A DNA stretch of 64,000 nt from an uncultured delta proteobacterium (GTDB lineage: Bacteria > Myxococcota_A > Polyangia > Fen-1088). A program made the translations under genes and the position numbers. Below the pieces are notes generated by a model. It ran no database searches and was not told where the DNA came from. It was given only the letters and a program-made list of their open reading frames with translations. The stretch's first letter is position 1; each line of letters starts with the position of its first letter. The DNA lies in NCBI GenBank assembly GCA_963767925.1, contig CAVYGB010000010.1, forward strand, positions 1,408,001 through 1,472,000, in the 5' to 3' direction. Positions 28,222-38,079 of this stretch are shown in pieces.

Positions 28222-29820
28222 GGCCGACCCGTCTCCGCCCGGCGCGGGGGTGCGGTATCCGGCGAGCAGCCGCTCGATCTCCTCGATGGCGGTCGGCTTG
28301 CGCAGGTGCAGGTCGAAGCCGGCGGCGTGGGCCCGGGCGGCGTCCTCCGGCTGGCCGTAGCCAGTCAGCGCCACCAGCAAGATGTCGGGCCCCAGGGCGG
28401 CCCGCACCCGGCGGGCCACCTCGTAGCCGTCGATGCGGGGCAGGCCGATGTCGATGAGCGCCACCTCCGGCCGGGAGGTGAGGGCCTTTTTTACCCCCAT
28501 CTCGCCGTCGGCGGCCGCCTCCACCCGGTGCCCGATCTCGGACAGCAGCTCCTGCAGCGATTCCCGGATGTCCTCGGCGTCCTCCACCAGCAGCACGTGG
28601 CGGGGCTGGACCGAGCCGGCGACGGGCGGCGCGGCCGCGGCGCTCGGCGCGCGGGGGGCCACCGCCCGCTCCCACCCGGAGGTGAGCGGCAGGCGGAGGG
28701 TGAAGGTGCTCCCCCGGCCTGGCCCCTCGCTGTCCACCTCGACCCGCCCAGCGTGCAGCTCCACCAGCGATCGCACGACGGTGAGCCCCAGCCCCATGCC
28801 CCCCTGGGCACGGTCGAGCGTGCGGTCGGCCTGGGCGAAGGGCTCGAAGATCGTGGGCAACACGTCCCGGCCGATGCCGACCCCCGTGTCGGCCACCCGC
28901 ACCACCGCCCAGCCGGACTCGGCCCTGAGCGAGATCGTCACGTGCCCGACGGCCGGGGTGTATTTGAAGGCGTTGGTCAGCAGGTTGGTGAAGACCTGGT
29001 ACAGGCGCACGGGATCGCCGTCGAAGACGACCTCCTGCGCGGGCAGGTCCCAGACGAGCCGGGGCCCGATCCTCGCCTCGCCGGGAACCACCTCCTCGAC
29101 CGCCGCCCGCAGCAGGCCACCGATTTCGACGATTTGCCGTTGCAGGGTGATCTTCCCCGAGGTCACCCGGGCCACCTCGAGCAGATCGTCGACCAGGCGG
29201 GTGAGGTGGCCGATCTGCCGTTCGATCACCGACAGCGGGCGCTGGCCGGGCGTGTCCACCGAGCGGCGCAGCTTCAGGGTTTCGGAGGCGTGGCGGATGG
29301 CCGACAGGGGGTTGCGCAGCTCGTGGCCCAGCATGGCCAGGAACCGATCCCGGTGCCGCAGCTCCGACTCGCGCTGATCGAGCGCCCGGCGGGCCTGGTA
29401 CTGCCGCTGGCGCGCGCGCAGGGCCGCCCGGGCCGCGCTCACCAGGGTGGCAGGGTGCACCGGTCGCTCGAGGGCGGTCACGTTGCCCAGGCCGGCCAGC
29501 GACTCCAGCACGCGCAGGTTCTGGCTGGCCGAGGCCCCCCGGGCGGTGAAGACGACGATGGGAAAATCCGACCAGGGGGGCTGCTGGGCCAGCGCCGCCG
29601 AGGCCAGCGCCAGCGACGCGGGAGTGAAGGCCTCCTCAACCACCACCGCCGCGCCCGCCCCCCGCCGCAGCTCGCCCAGCAGCGTCTCCATGTCCGGGCA
29701 GACCCGGGCGGCGAGCCCGTGTTGCTCGAGCAGGCCGGCGGTCAAGGTGGCGTCGCGGCCGTAAGGGGCCAGCACCAGCACCCGGTGCTCGTCGACGCCG
29801 GACTCCCGCTCAGGCGGCAT
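28078..29820 (-). CDS. Hybrid sensor histidine kinase/response regulator
   Basis: N-terminal degenerate REC, HELRNPL H-box, N/G1/F/G2 boxes, C-terminal REC (LIDIGLP..DGYE). Confidence 0.9.
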   Translation of the reverse strand: MPPERESGVDEHRVLVLAPYGRDATLTAGLLEQHGLAARVCPDMETLLGELRRGAGAAVVVEEAFTPASLALASAALAQQPPWSDFPIVVFTARGASASQNLRVLESLAGLGNVTALERPVHPATLVSAARAALRARQRQYQARRALDQRESELRHRDRFLAMLGHELRNPLSAIRHASETLKLRRSVDTPGQRPLSVIERQIGHLTRLVDDLLEVARVTSGKITLQRQIVEIGGLLRAAVEEVVPGEARIGPRLVWDLPAQEVVFDGDPVRLYQVFTNLLTNAFKYTPAVGHVTISLRAESGWAVVRVADTGVGIGRDVLPTIFEPFAQADRTLDRAQGGMGLGLTVVRSLVELHAGRVEVDSEGPGRGSTFTLRLPLTSGWERAVAPRAPSAAAAPPVAGSVQPRHVLLVEDAEDIRESLQELLSEIGHRVEAAADGEMGVKKALTSRPEVALIDIGLPRIDGYEVARRVRAALGPDILLVALTGYGQPEDAARAHAAGFDLHLRKPTAIEEIERLLAGYRTPAPGGDGSASGSGDEPGQDQGVEGDHQADQGGEDDAVLDDGAEDGRFVAHLAGGGR

Positions 29821-31291
29821 CGCCGCCCAGCAGGCCGGCAGCGCCGCCCAGGTAGTCGGGCGCGCCGGTCAGCACGCCCTTGAACTCCGCCAGGGCGGGA
29901 CCGACCTGCACCCCCTTGTCGCTCAGGTGCAGCTCCCGGATCGACGACTCGTGGCGCCCCGTGCGCTTCTTGAGCACGGAGATGGCCTTGCGCACCCGCC
30001 CGGCCGCCTCGAAGTGGCGGGTCAAGATGACCGTGTCGGCCAGGTAGCTGACGTCGGCCGGGCTGGTGATGCCGCCGCCCACCAGGCCGTGCTGGGCCAT
30101 CGTGAGGAGGGTCAAGATGCCCCGCTGGCCCAGGTAGGCCAGCAGCTCGTGGAGCTGCAGGATGAGAAAGTCCTCGCTCGGCATGGCGTTGAGGTAGCCG
30201 TTGAGGCTGTCGATGATGACGATGCGGCTGTTGGCCCGCTCGACCTGCAGGCGGACCTGGCCGGCGAACTGCCCGGGCGGCACCTCGGCGGGGTCGATCT
30301 GGCGCAGGGTCACCTTCCCCGAATCGACGTGGCGGGCGAGATCGAGACCGAGCGAGCGCGAGCGGACCATCAAGGTGGCCAGGCTCTCGTCGAAGGCGTA
30401 ATGGGCGACGTTGTCGCCGCGGGCGGCCGCCGCCGTGATGAGCTGGGTGGCGAGGGCCGACTTGCCGGTGCCGGCCGGCCCCAGCAGCAGCGCGCTGGTC
30501 CCCGGCTCGAAGCCCCCGCCCAGCAGGGTGTCGAGCTCGGGCAAGCCGGTCGTGATGGGCGCCCGGGAAAACTCCTGGTGGTGCTCGGCCGCCACAAGAC
30601 GGGGGAAAACCTCGAGTCCCCCCGGGGCGAGGGCGAAGTCGTGGTACCCACCCCGGAAGTCGACGCCTCGGAGCTTGAGCACGCGCAGACGCCGGCGGTG
30701 GGCCCCGTAGGTCGGCGCGAGCTGCTCGAGCCGGACCACCCCGTGCACGAGGCTCTCGAGGTGGCCGTCGTTGCCGCCGCTGTGATCGTCGATCAGCAGG
30801 ACGGTGCAGTTCCGGTCCGCGAAATATTGCTTGAGGGCGAAGACCTCCCGCCGGTAGCGGAGCTGGCTCTGGGCCAGCAGCCGGATCTCCGAGAGCGAAT
30901 CGAACACCACCCGCTGCGGCTGCAGCTCCCGGCACCGATTCACGACCGCCCGGGTGGTCTCGGCCAGCTCCACCTCGGAGGGGTGAAACAGCGTGTTCTC
31001 ATCCTCGCCGCTGAGCGCCCCCGGCGGGGCCAGCTCGTGCAGATGTAACCCCTCCAGGGAGAAGCCGTGAGAGCGGGCTACCTGGGTCAGCTCCTCGCGG
31101 GTCTCGGAGAGGGTGACGTACAGGCAGCGCTCGCCGCGGCGCACGCCTTCCAGGAGATATTGCAGCGCGAGGGTGGTCTTGCCGACCCCCGGGTCACCCT
31201 GGATCAGGAGGAGGCGGCCACGCGGGAACCCACCCCGCAGGATGTCGTCCAGGCCGGCCACCCCCGTGGAAGAGACAGAGGCCTCGGTCAT
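29810..31291 (-). CDS. KaiC-like double RecA-domain ATPase
   Basis: Two Walker A motifs (GDPGVGKT, GPAGTGKS), VSYLADTV, LKKR; overlaps the kinase start. Confidence 0.9.
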   Translation of the reverse strand: MTEASVSSTGVAGLDDILRGGFPRGRLLLIQGDPGVGKTTLALQYLLEGVRRGERCLYVTLSETREELTQVARSHGFSLEGLHLHELAPPGALSGEDENTLFHPSEVELAETTRAVVNRCRELQPQRVVFDSLSEIRLLAQSQLRYRREVFALKQYFADRNCTVLLIDDHSGGNDGHLESLVHGVVRLEQLAPTYGAHRRRLRVLKLRGVDFRGGYHDFALAPGGLEVFPRLVAAEHHQEFSRAPITTGLPELDTLLGGGFEPGTSALLLGPAGTGKSALATQLITAAAARGDNVAHYAFDESLATLMVRSRSLGLDLARHVDSGKVTLRQIDPAEVPPGQFAGQVRLQVERANSRIVIIDSLNGYLNAMPSEDFLILQLHELLAYLGQRGILTLLTMAQHGLVGGGITSPADVSYLADTVILTRHFEAAGRVRKAISVLKKRTGRHESSIRELHLSDKGVQVGPALAEFKGVLTGAPDYLGGAAGLLGGDAA

Positions 31292-31394
31292 CGTGAGAAC
31301 GTAATACCGAGGGTCAGGCTGTCGAGTCCCCTCTGTACTTTTTTGGCGGGTTCCGACCCGCCGCGCCTGGGCCCTCTCGGGGCGAATCCCGATC

Positions 31395-32624
31395 TCAGCG
31401 GGTCGGTGCGGCGATCAGCGTGATCTCGATGATCGACGTGCCGACCAGCTTGGACACGGCGGTCGTGGTCAGGGCCGGCGGGTCCTTGGGGAAGGTCTCG
31501 CGGAAGACCGCCAGCACCTTGTCCTGATCGTTCAGATCGGTGAGGTACACCTTGGCCTCCACCACGTCGCCGAAGCTGCCTCCCCCCTTCTGGAGGGCGC
31601 TGCCGATGCCCTCGAGCGCGGCCTTGGTGTGGGCCTCGATGCCGTCGCCCTTGCCGACCTTGCCGGCGGGATAGACCAGCGGACCGGCGGCCACCACCTC
31701 GCTGAAGTTCGGGTTGGGGCGGGCGCCCTCCGGCAGGAACACCTGCTTGCCGCTGCGGGTGGCGACGAAGGTGATCTCGATGGGGACGTCGCCGGGCAGC
31801 GCGGGCACACCGACCGTGGTGCGCGAGGGCGGCTCGGAGGCGAAGAAGGTGCGGTACACCTCGTTCATGCGGCCGATCATCGCCATGTCGGTGAGGTAGA
31901 CGTTGGCCGTCACCACGTTGGCCGGCGTCATGCCGGCCGACTCGAGCAGCAGGCGGATGTTCTCGAGGGTCTGCTTGGTGTGGGCCTCGATCTCGCCCGC
32001 GGGGAGCTGGCCGGTCTTGACGTCGCGGCTGCCCTGCCCCGACAGATAGAGGGTGTCGCCCACCAGCACCGCCGGCGCGTAGGGCAGCTTGGGATTGGCC
32101 GGCACGCCGGCCGGCTGGACCGCCTTGTGGGGCTTGCGCGAGGCGATGAAGGCCACCTGGAACCGGGCCCCGCCGGGCAGCGCCGGGACCGCCACGGTGG
32201 TGCGCGCGGGCAGGTTCGACTTGAAGTAGCCCCGGTACACGCCGTTCATGGCGTCGAAGCTCTTGATGTCGGTGAGGTAGAGGTTGGCCTTCACGACGTG
32301 CGAGAAGCCGAGGCGGGCGGCTTTCAGGATGCGGCCGGCGTTGTCGAGGGCGGCCTTGACCTGGGCCTCGAAGCTGTCGGGCAGCTTGCCGGTCTTCGCG
32401 TCGGCCCCGGTCTGACCGGCGACGAACAGGGTGTCGCCGACCAGCAGGGCCGGGCTGGCCGGCGCGGCCTCGCCGGTCGCCGGCGCCTTGGCGGCGGCGG
32501 GGCGGATCACCTTGCGGCCAGAGGCGGCGGGGGCAGCCTCGGCGGCGCGGGGGGAGAAGGCGTCGGCCAGGACCGCCAGGGCGAGCGTGGCGAGGACGAA
32601 GGTGGGGAAGGCTGGGCGGGTCAT
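31395..32624 (-). CDS. Exported protein with three tandem RidA domains
   Basis: Signal-like N-terminus; three repeats ending LPARTT, PPSRTT and PPALTT. Confidence 0.85.
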   Translation of the reverse strand: MTRPAFPTFVLATLALAVLADAFSPRAAEAAPAASGRKVIRPAAAKAPATGEAAPASPALLVGDTLFVAGQTGADAKTGKLPDSFEAQVKAALDNAGRILKAARLGFSHVVKANLYLTDIKSFDAMNGVYRGYFKSNLPARTTVAVPALPGGARFQVAFIASRKPHKAVQPAGVPANPKLPYAPAVLVGDTLYLSGQGSRDVKTGQLPAGEIEAHTKQTLENIRLLLESAGMTPANVVTANVYLTDMAMIGRMNEVYRTFFASEPPSRTTVGVPALPGDVPIEITFVATRSGKQVFLPEGARPNPNFSEVVAAGPLVYPAGKVGKGDGIEAHTKAALEGIGSALQKGGGSFGDVVEAKVYLTDLNDQDKVLAVFRETFPKDPPALTTTAVSKLVGTSIIEITLIAAPTR

Positions 32625-32634
32625 GGATGTCTCC

Positions 32635-34242
32635 TCATTCGGAACGGCGGCGGCCGCCCTGGCGGCGGCGGGCCGACCAGCGGGCGGCGAGGTATTCGCC
32701 GAGGTCGAGCTCGCCGGACATCTTGTCCTGCTCCACCGTCCCGGTGAAGCCGTAACCGATGTTGTCCCCGTTTTCCCGGTAGAAGCTCTGCAGGCGCACG
32801 AGGTTGCCCTCGATGCTCCCCTGCACGTCGCGGCCGGCGAAGTCGCCCTGGTGGGTGCCGGCCAGCTCGGCCCCCTGCTGGCGCAGAAAGAGGGAGTGGC
32901 GCGAGCGGCTGCCGACGTATTCGATGTCCACGTCCCAGTGGCCGCTGAGGTCGGCCACCGGCGGGCGGGGCGCCTCGCGCGGGCGGGCCTTCTGGGCGCC
33001 GGCCAGGGTGGCGTGGATCCGGTTGGCCACGATCTTGGAATCCCCGGGCTGCATCATGTACGCCATGATGCCGATGCTGGTCTCGGCGCTCTCCATGGCG
33101 CGGCGGGCGCGACCGCCCCCGTCCTCCGAGAGGACGATGCGCGGCTCGCTCGTGAACAGCACGCGCGACACTTCCTGCCCGGTGATGCCCAGCTTGCGCG
33201 GGTCCCAGCTCAGGCGCAACGAGGGGCTGCGGTTGGACAGGCCGCGCGGCTCGGCCCGCAGATCGGCGGTGACCCCCTCGATGCTGGTGACCTTCTTGCT
33301 GATCTGCTCCATCCAGGAGACCCAGCGGTTCCACTCCGCCTTGTGGTCGCGCTTCATCCAGGTCTCGACCGCCACCAACATGCCGATGGCCTCTTCCTTG
33401 CCGACCTTCATGGCCCGGCCGAAGCCGTGGTGGGGGGCGCTGTGCACCCAGGCCGCCCGCACCAGGTCCTTGCGTCCCAGCAGCAGGCCCGCGCACTGCG
33501 GTCCGCGCAGGCACTTGCCCCCGCTGTAGCCGACCAGGGCGGCGCCCCGCTGCAGGTGCACGTTGGGGACGGTGAGGATCTCGGCGGCCGCGTCGACGAA
33601 CACCGGCACCTTGCGGGGGTTGGCCAGGCGGGTGATCACGTCGAGCGAGAGAGGGCCGTTCTCCGAGCGATCGCCGGCCAGCACGTAGACCATCGCCGTG
33701 CGCGGACCCAGCGCCGCTTCCATCTCTTCGGGGGTCTCCACCTCGACGACCCGCACGCCGACCGCCCGCACGGCGGCGTCGTACACGTTGCGCGAGTAGC
33801 CGGGGATGATCACCTCGTCCTTGTCGAAGCCGGCCAGGTTGGGCAGGCGGACGTGGCGGTCGGGGTTGGCCCCCGCCACGCAGGCGGCGGTGGAGTGGGA
33901 GATGGCTGCGGCGCAGCCCGAGGTGACCATGCCCCACTCGGCGCCAGTGAGCGTCGCCAGCCGGCGCCCGATGCCCTCCATCAGCTCGTCGAGCTGGACG
34001 AAGTGCTGGGCGGCGGCCTCCTTGGCGGCGCGCACCTCGGGCAGCTCGAGCGAGCCGCCGATGATGGTGTGGGTCCCCTTGCAGTTGATCACGGGTCGGA
34101 CCCCGATCGACTCGAAGATGCGCGAGCCGACACGCACGCCGGCCGAGGGGGTGGCAGCGCTGGCGGACTTTCCGCTCAGGACGCCGGGCAGCGCCAGGAG
34201 GGCGCCTCTCTCGAACAACTTACGCCTGCTTATTCCGCGCAC
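32635..34242 (-). CDS. SelA-like / DgaE-like PLP-dependent enzyme with a Tat signal and an extra C-terminal beta domain
   Basis: ISRRKLF Tat motif, GVRPVINCKGT.T..GGS, VDAAAE, YSGGK.LRGPQ (PLP lysine), RAMKVGKEE; GGAG RBS before GTG 34242. Confidence 0.85.
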   Translation of the reverse strand: MRGISRRKLFERGALLALPGVLSGKSASAATPSAGVRVGSRIFESIGVRPVINCKGTHTIIGGSLELPEVRAAKEAAAQHFVQLDELMEGIGRRLATLTGAEWGMVTSGCAAAISHSTAACVAGANPDRHVRLPNLAGFDKDEVIIPGYSRNVYDAAVRAVGVRVVEVETPEEMEAALGPRTAMVYVLAGDRSENGPLSLDVITRLANPRKVPVFVDAAAEILTVPNVHLQRGAALVGYSGGKCLRGPQCAGLLLGRKDLVRAAWVHSAPHHGFGRAMKVGKEEAIGMLVAVETWMKRDHKAEWNRWVSWMEQISKKVTSIEGVTADLRAEPRGLSNRSPSLRLSWDPRKLGITGQEVSRVLFTSEPRIVLSEDGGGRARRAMESAETSIGIMAYMMQPGDSKIVANRIHATLAGAQKARPREAPRPPVADLSGHWDVDIEYVGSRSRHSLFLRQQGAELAGTHQGDFAGRDVQGSIEGNLVRLQSFYRENGDNIGYGFTGTVEQDKMSGELDLGEYLAARWSARRRQGGRRRSE

Positions 34243-34516
34243 TGGGTGCTCCGTTCTGATCGCTAACCACACTGCGAGCGCGCAGGGCGGTCAAGGGTGC
34301 CGTCGTAAAAAGTCCGTGATCGGGGCGCGCTGAGCGGAAAAGTTTACCGAAGGGAGCAGAAATCCCGCAGCCGGCCGGGCAAAAGGCTGAGCCCGGGCCA
34401 GACGCGGGGCCGCGCCGGCGGCGACGATAACGCTTGGCCTCGCCGGCGTCTTGGCGTTTCATCCCTGACGCGACGACCGTCTTCCGGCAACCTCGTCCGG
34501 CGCACAGGAGAGACAG

Positions 34517-35311
34517 ATGAAGCAGCCGACCCGATCCCTCCCCCAGATGTTCTTCTTCGCGCTGGCGCTGATCGCCGGCGCGGCGGGCAGCCTGGCCTGC
34601 CGCTCGTCGGAGGCGGCCCAGGCCCCGGCGGCGGCCGAGGCGGCGCCCGGGCAGGCCGAGATCCTGGCCGAGCTGCGCAAGGCCAGCACGGGCAACGTGT
34701 CGGACGCGGTCGACGAGGCCACCGGCCAGCGCGGGTTCATGTTCCACGACATGAAGCCCGCCTACCGAAGCAAGCTGACCCGCAAGGTGGTGGGTCGGGC
34801 GGCGACCGCCCTGCTGCGCCCGGTGCTGAAGAACGACGGGCGCACCTACGAAAACGCCGCCCTGCAGGTGCTGGACGAGGCCGCCCCCGGCAGCGTGCTG
34901 GTCTACGTGCTGGAGAACGGCCTCGAGATCGCCGGGCTGGGCAACCTGATGGCGACGACGGCCAAGACGCGCGGTCTGGCCGGGGTGGTGATCGACGGCG
35001 GGGTCCGCGACGTCGACGAGGTGGAGGACATCGGCCTGCCGGTCTGGAGCCGCAGCATCACGCCGGCGACGTCGGTGGGTCGCTACGTGAGCGTGTCCAA
35101 GCAGCAGCCGGTCACCTGCGGCGGGGTGGTGGTGCGGCCGGGGGACTACATCATCGCGGACTGGACCGGCGTCGTCTCGATCCCGCAGGAGAAGATCGGC
35201 GACGTGGTCAAGCTGCTGCGCCAGTACGACGCCAAGGAGAGCAAGATGGTCGGCATCATCAAGGAGACCAAATCGATGCTCAAAGCCCTGGCGAAGTACA
35301 ATCGGTACTAA
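34517..35311 (+). CDS. RraA-like / HMG-aldolase family lipoprotein
   Basis: Lipobox SLAC; NVSDA, G.LMAT..K.RGLAGVVIDGGVRD, V.PGD.I.AD..GVV; AGGAG RBS. Confidence 0.85.
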   Translation: MKQPTRSLPQMFFFALALIAGAAGSLACRSSEAAQAPAAAEAAPGQAEILAELRKASTGNVSDAVDEATGQRGFMFHDMKPAYRSKLTRKVVGRAATALLRPVLKNDGRTYENAALQVLDEAAPGSVLVYVLENGLEIAGLGNLMATTAKTRGLAGVVIDGGVRDVDEVEDIGLPVWSRSITPATSVGRYVSVSKQQPVTCGGVVVRPGDYIIADWTGVVSIPQEKIGDVVKLLRQYDAKESKMVGIIKETKSMLKALAKYNRY

Positions 35312-35433
35312 AGAAATTGTCTCCAGGCGAGGCGGGCGGGTGGGTCGAGCGCGTCAGGGGGGATCGGAAAAAGCCATGTAAACGTTCCAAGCAGGCGTTG
35401 CTTGGGGGTTGCGGTTCCCGGTAGGGTACGCCC

Positions 35434-36768
35434 ATGGCGCGCGCTCTCACGCTTGGCTGGTTGGGTCCGCTGCTGCTCGGGGCTCTGGCTGCCTGTACGG
35501 CGGTCAAGGAGCACTTTCCGCCGGGGACGGAGCCGCTGCCCGACCCGAGCGCGGGATCTGGCGGATCGGTCGGGCCGGCTCCGGCGCCGGTGCCGCCGGT
35601 CGGGAGCACGCCGACGCCCTCCCCCAGCGGGCCGCCCGCCGGGACCGGGGGAGCGGCGCCGCCGCCGGTCGGCACGGTTCCGCCGCCGCCGGGCACCGCC
35701 CCGCCGCCGAACGTGGGCGGCGGGGGCGCCGGTGGCAACGCCGGCATGCCGATGCCCCCGGCCGGCATGGCCCCACCGCCGGGCACCGCACCTCCCGCGC
35801 CGCCTCCGGGCGTCGGAACGCCGGGCGGGCCCGGGGCGGCGACCGTCGAGATCGGGGGCCAGCAGGTCCCGGGCGACAAGGTCCTCGTGTTCATCCACAT
35901 CGGCCAGTCGAACATGGCCGGGCGGGCCCAGGAGCCGGCGTCGCTGTTCAACCATTTCATCTGGTACGGGCGGGGCCTGCCCAACGGGCGGCCGGATCCG
36001 CAGTTCGATCCCGATCCCCTGCCCTACGATCCGAAGATCTGGATGTTCGATCTGATGGGCAAGTTCATCCCCGCGCGCGAGCCGACCGCCAGCGACGAGT
36101 CGGACGAGGCGGGCGCCGGGCCGGGCATGGGCCTGCTGCGGGCGGCCCGGGCCAAGTGGCCCGACCACACGATCGTGTCGATCGGCCGAGGGCAATCGGG
36201 CCAGCGGGGCGGCTACTGCGCCCACTTCCTCGAGCGCAATCCGGTGACAAACCAGCCCTGGTCGACGGTCCCGCCGGTGCGCCAGAACGAGGCCGAGGGG
36301 GAGAAGCGCTACGGGTTTTACGACGAGGTGATCAACCGCCGGGCGCTCAAGCTCAAGGGCAAGGTCGTCTTCGGCGGCATCGTCGCCATGTTCGGCTCGA
36401 CCGAGGACCGACCGGGTGCCCCCGTCCCCAGCCCCCCGGCGGAGCCCTTCCTGTCCCAGTGCCTGATCAAGCTGGCCCAGACCTACCGCGAGGTGCTGGG
36501 CGACCCGAACATCCCGTTCATCATCACCGACTTCGAGCACGGGGCCGGTGAATACAGCTACAACGGCGCGCTCGGGCAGAAGGTGCGCCGGCAGGTGCGC
36601 CTGGCCCAGGGGATGATTCCCCGCAGCGAGATCCTCCCGACCGACGCCATCCAGATGCGGGACGACCACCACTACACCATGCAGGGGCACAAGACCTGGG
36701 GCGAGACCGCCGTCCAGATCATCTCCAGGAACGCCTGGGACACCTGGACCGCGCCGCCCGCGAACTGA
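35434..36768 (+). CDS. SGNH carbohydrate esterase (sialate O-acetylesterase/CE6-like) lipoprotein
   Basis: Lipobox LAAC, Pro-rich linker, IGQSNMAG, GPGM, DDHHY (DxxH). Confidence 0.75.
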   Translation: MARALTLGWLGPLLLGALAACTAVKEHFPPGTEPLPDPSAGSGGSVGPAPAPVPPVGSTPTPSPSGPPAGTGGAAPPPVGTVPPPPGTAPPPNVGGGGAGGNAGMPMPPAGMAPPPGTAPPAPPPGVGTPGGPGAATVEIGGQQVPGDKVLVFIHIGQSNMAGRAQEPASLFNHFIWYGRGLPNGRPDPQFDPDPLPYDPKIWMFDLMGKFIPAREPTASDESDEAGAGPGMGLLRAARAKWPDHTIVSIGRGQSGQRGGYCAHFLERNPVTNQPWSTVPPVRQNEAEGEKRYGFYDEVINRRALKLKGKVVFGGIVAMFGSTEDRPGAPVPSPPAEPFLSQCLIKLAQTYREVLGDPNIPFIITDFEHGAGEYSYNGALGQKVRRQVRLAQGMIPRSEILPTDAIQMRDDHHYTMQGHKTWGETAVQIISRNAWDTWTAPPAN

Positions 36769-36873
36769 AGCTGGCCCGGGCGACCCGGCCGCCTCGCATT
36801 GACCCTCGGCACGGCCAACCCGAGGCGAGGCGCGCGCTTCCCGGGGCGATGGAAAAGAGCGCCCGGCGGCGGG

Positions 36874-38079
36874 TCAGCAGAGGGGGCGGATGGTTCCCTC
36901 GAAGCGGGCGGGGGCGGCGGCGGTGGAGAAGGCGGGCGCCAGGCGGCGGGCCGCCTGCTGCAAGCTCGCGTCGGCGAGGGCCTGGCCGAGGGCGGCGCCG
37001 ACGGTGGCGCGGGTGGCCCGGCCGGCCCGGACGAGCAGGCCCGCCCCGGCGCGGGTGAGGGCGGCCATCGACAGGTACTGGTCGAGGTTGGAGGCGATGC
37101 CCACCACCGGGCGGCCCGCGGCCAGCGCCTGGTACGAGGTGGTGCTGCCGCCGTTGGAGACCACGACGTGGGCCCGGGCGGCCGCCGCGTCGCCGGGCAG
37201 GTAAGAGGCCACGTGGACCCCCGGGGGCAGCGGGCCGCGGGGGTGGTCCCGGCCGGCGGTGGCGACCAGCGCCTGGGCGCCGAGATCGGCGACCGCCGCG
37301 ATCACCGCCGGCAGCAGCTCGGCCCGGCCGGAGGAGCCCAGGGTGACGTAGACCGTGGGGCGGGCGGGGTCGAGGCCCTGCCACCAGGGGGGCGGGGCGA
37401 TGGCCGGCGCCCAGAGCACCGGGCCCAGGTGGTGGTGGTGGGCGGGGGCGTCGCGGGTGGGGACCACCTCGGGGAGGTCGGGGTGCAGGGTCAGGTCCCC
37501 GTGGCAGAGCACGGCCGGCAGGCTGCCGATCTCGGGCAGCCCGTGGGCGCGGCGCAGGCGGTTCACGGGGGCGGCGAAGTGGTCGAACACAACCGGCAGG
37601 GCCCGGGGAAAATAGCGGGCGGCCAGCCGCTCGCCCAGCAGGCGCACGATGGGGTGCTCGGGCAGGGGGAAGCCCTCGCGCTCGGCGAAGGGGCTCCAGT
37701 AGGCGTTGATGAGGGCGGCGTGGGGGATGCGGCGCAGGGGCGCCGCCACCGCCAGCGACAGGCGCAGGTCGCCGACGATCAGGTCGGGCTTCACGGCGTC
37801 GATCACGCGCAGGTCGTCCTGCAGGTAGCGGCGCAAGGTGCGCAGACCGTAGAGCCGGCGCCCACCCCGCACCCGGCGATCGATGAGCGCGGGCGATAGC
37901 GAGAAGAGCGGCCAGCGGGTGAAGTCGCCTGCCTGGAACACCAGGTCGTCGAAGTGGGCGGCCGCGAAGTGCACCTCGTACCGGTCGCGCGGCAAACTGC
38001 GGGCCAGCACCACCAGGCGCACCACCTGCGCCAGGGTGACCGCCTCGGAGACGAAGAGGATGCGGCGGCGCCGGGCCAT
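36874..38079 (-). CDS. GT1 (MGT/UDP) glycosyltransferase, probable carotenoid glycosyltransferase
   Basis: PDLIVGD, VYVTLGSSG, YLP, SNGGSTT.YQAL, DQY; last gene of the crt operon (TGATG overlap). Confidence 0.8.
   Translation of the reverse strand: MARRRRILFVSEAVTLAQVVRLVVLARSLPRDRYEVHFAAAHFDDLVFQAGDFTRWPLFSLSPALIDRRVRGGRRLYGLRTLRRYLQDDLRVIDAVKPDLIVGDLRLSLAVAAPLRRIPHAALINAYWSPFAEREGFPLPEHPIVRLLGERLAARYFPRALPVVFDHFAAPVNRLRRAHGLPEIGSLPAVLCHGDLTLHPDLPEVVPTRDAPAHHHHLGPVLWAPAIAPPPWWQGLDPARPTVYVTLGSSGRAELLPAVIAAVADLGAQALVATAGRDHPRGPLPPGVHVASYLPGDAAAARAHVVVSNGGSTTSYQALAAGRPVVGIASNLDQYLSMAALTRAGAGLLVRAGRATRATVGAALGQALADASLQQAARRLAPAFSTAAAPARFEGTIRPLC

Noticed and set aside
29810..31291. Circadian clock (kaiABC)
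   Set aside because: No kaiA or kaiB; the SY site and kinase coupling are typical of non-clock KaiC-like ATPases.
32635..34242. True selenocysteine synthase selA
   Set aside because: It has a Tat signal, no selB/selC/selD nearby, and an amidohydrolase/RidA context that fits the SelA-like/DgaE group.
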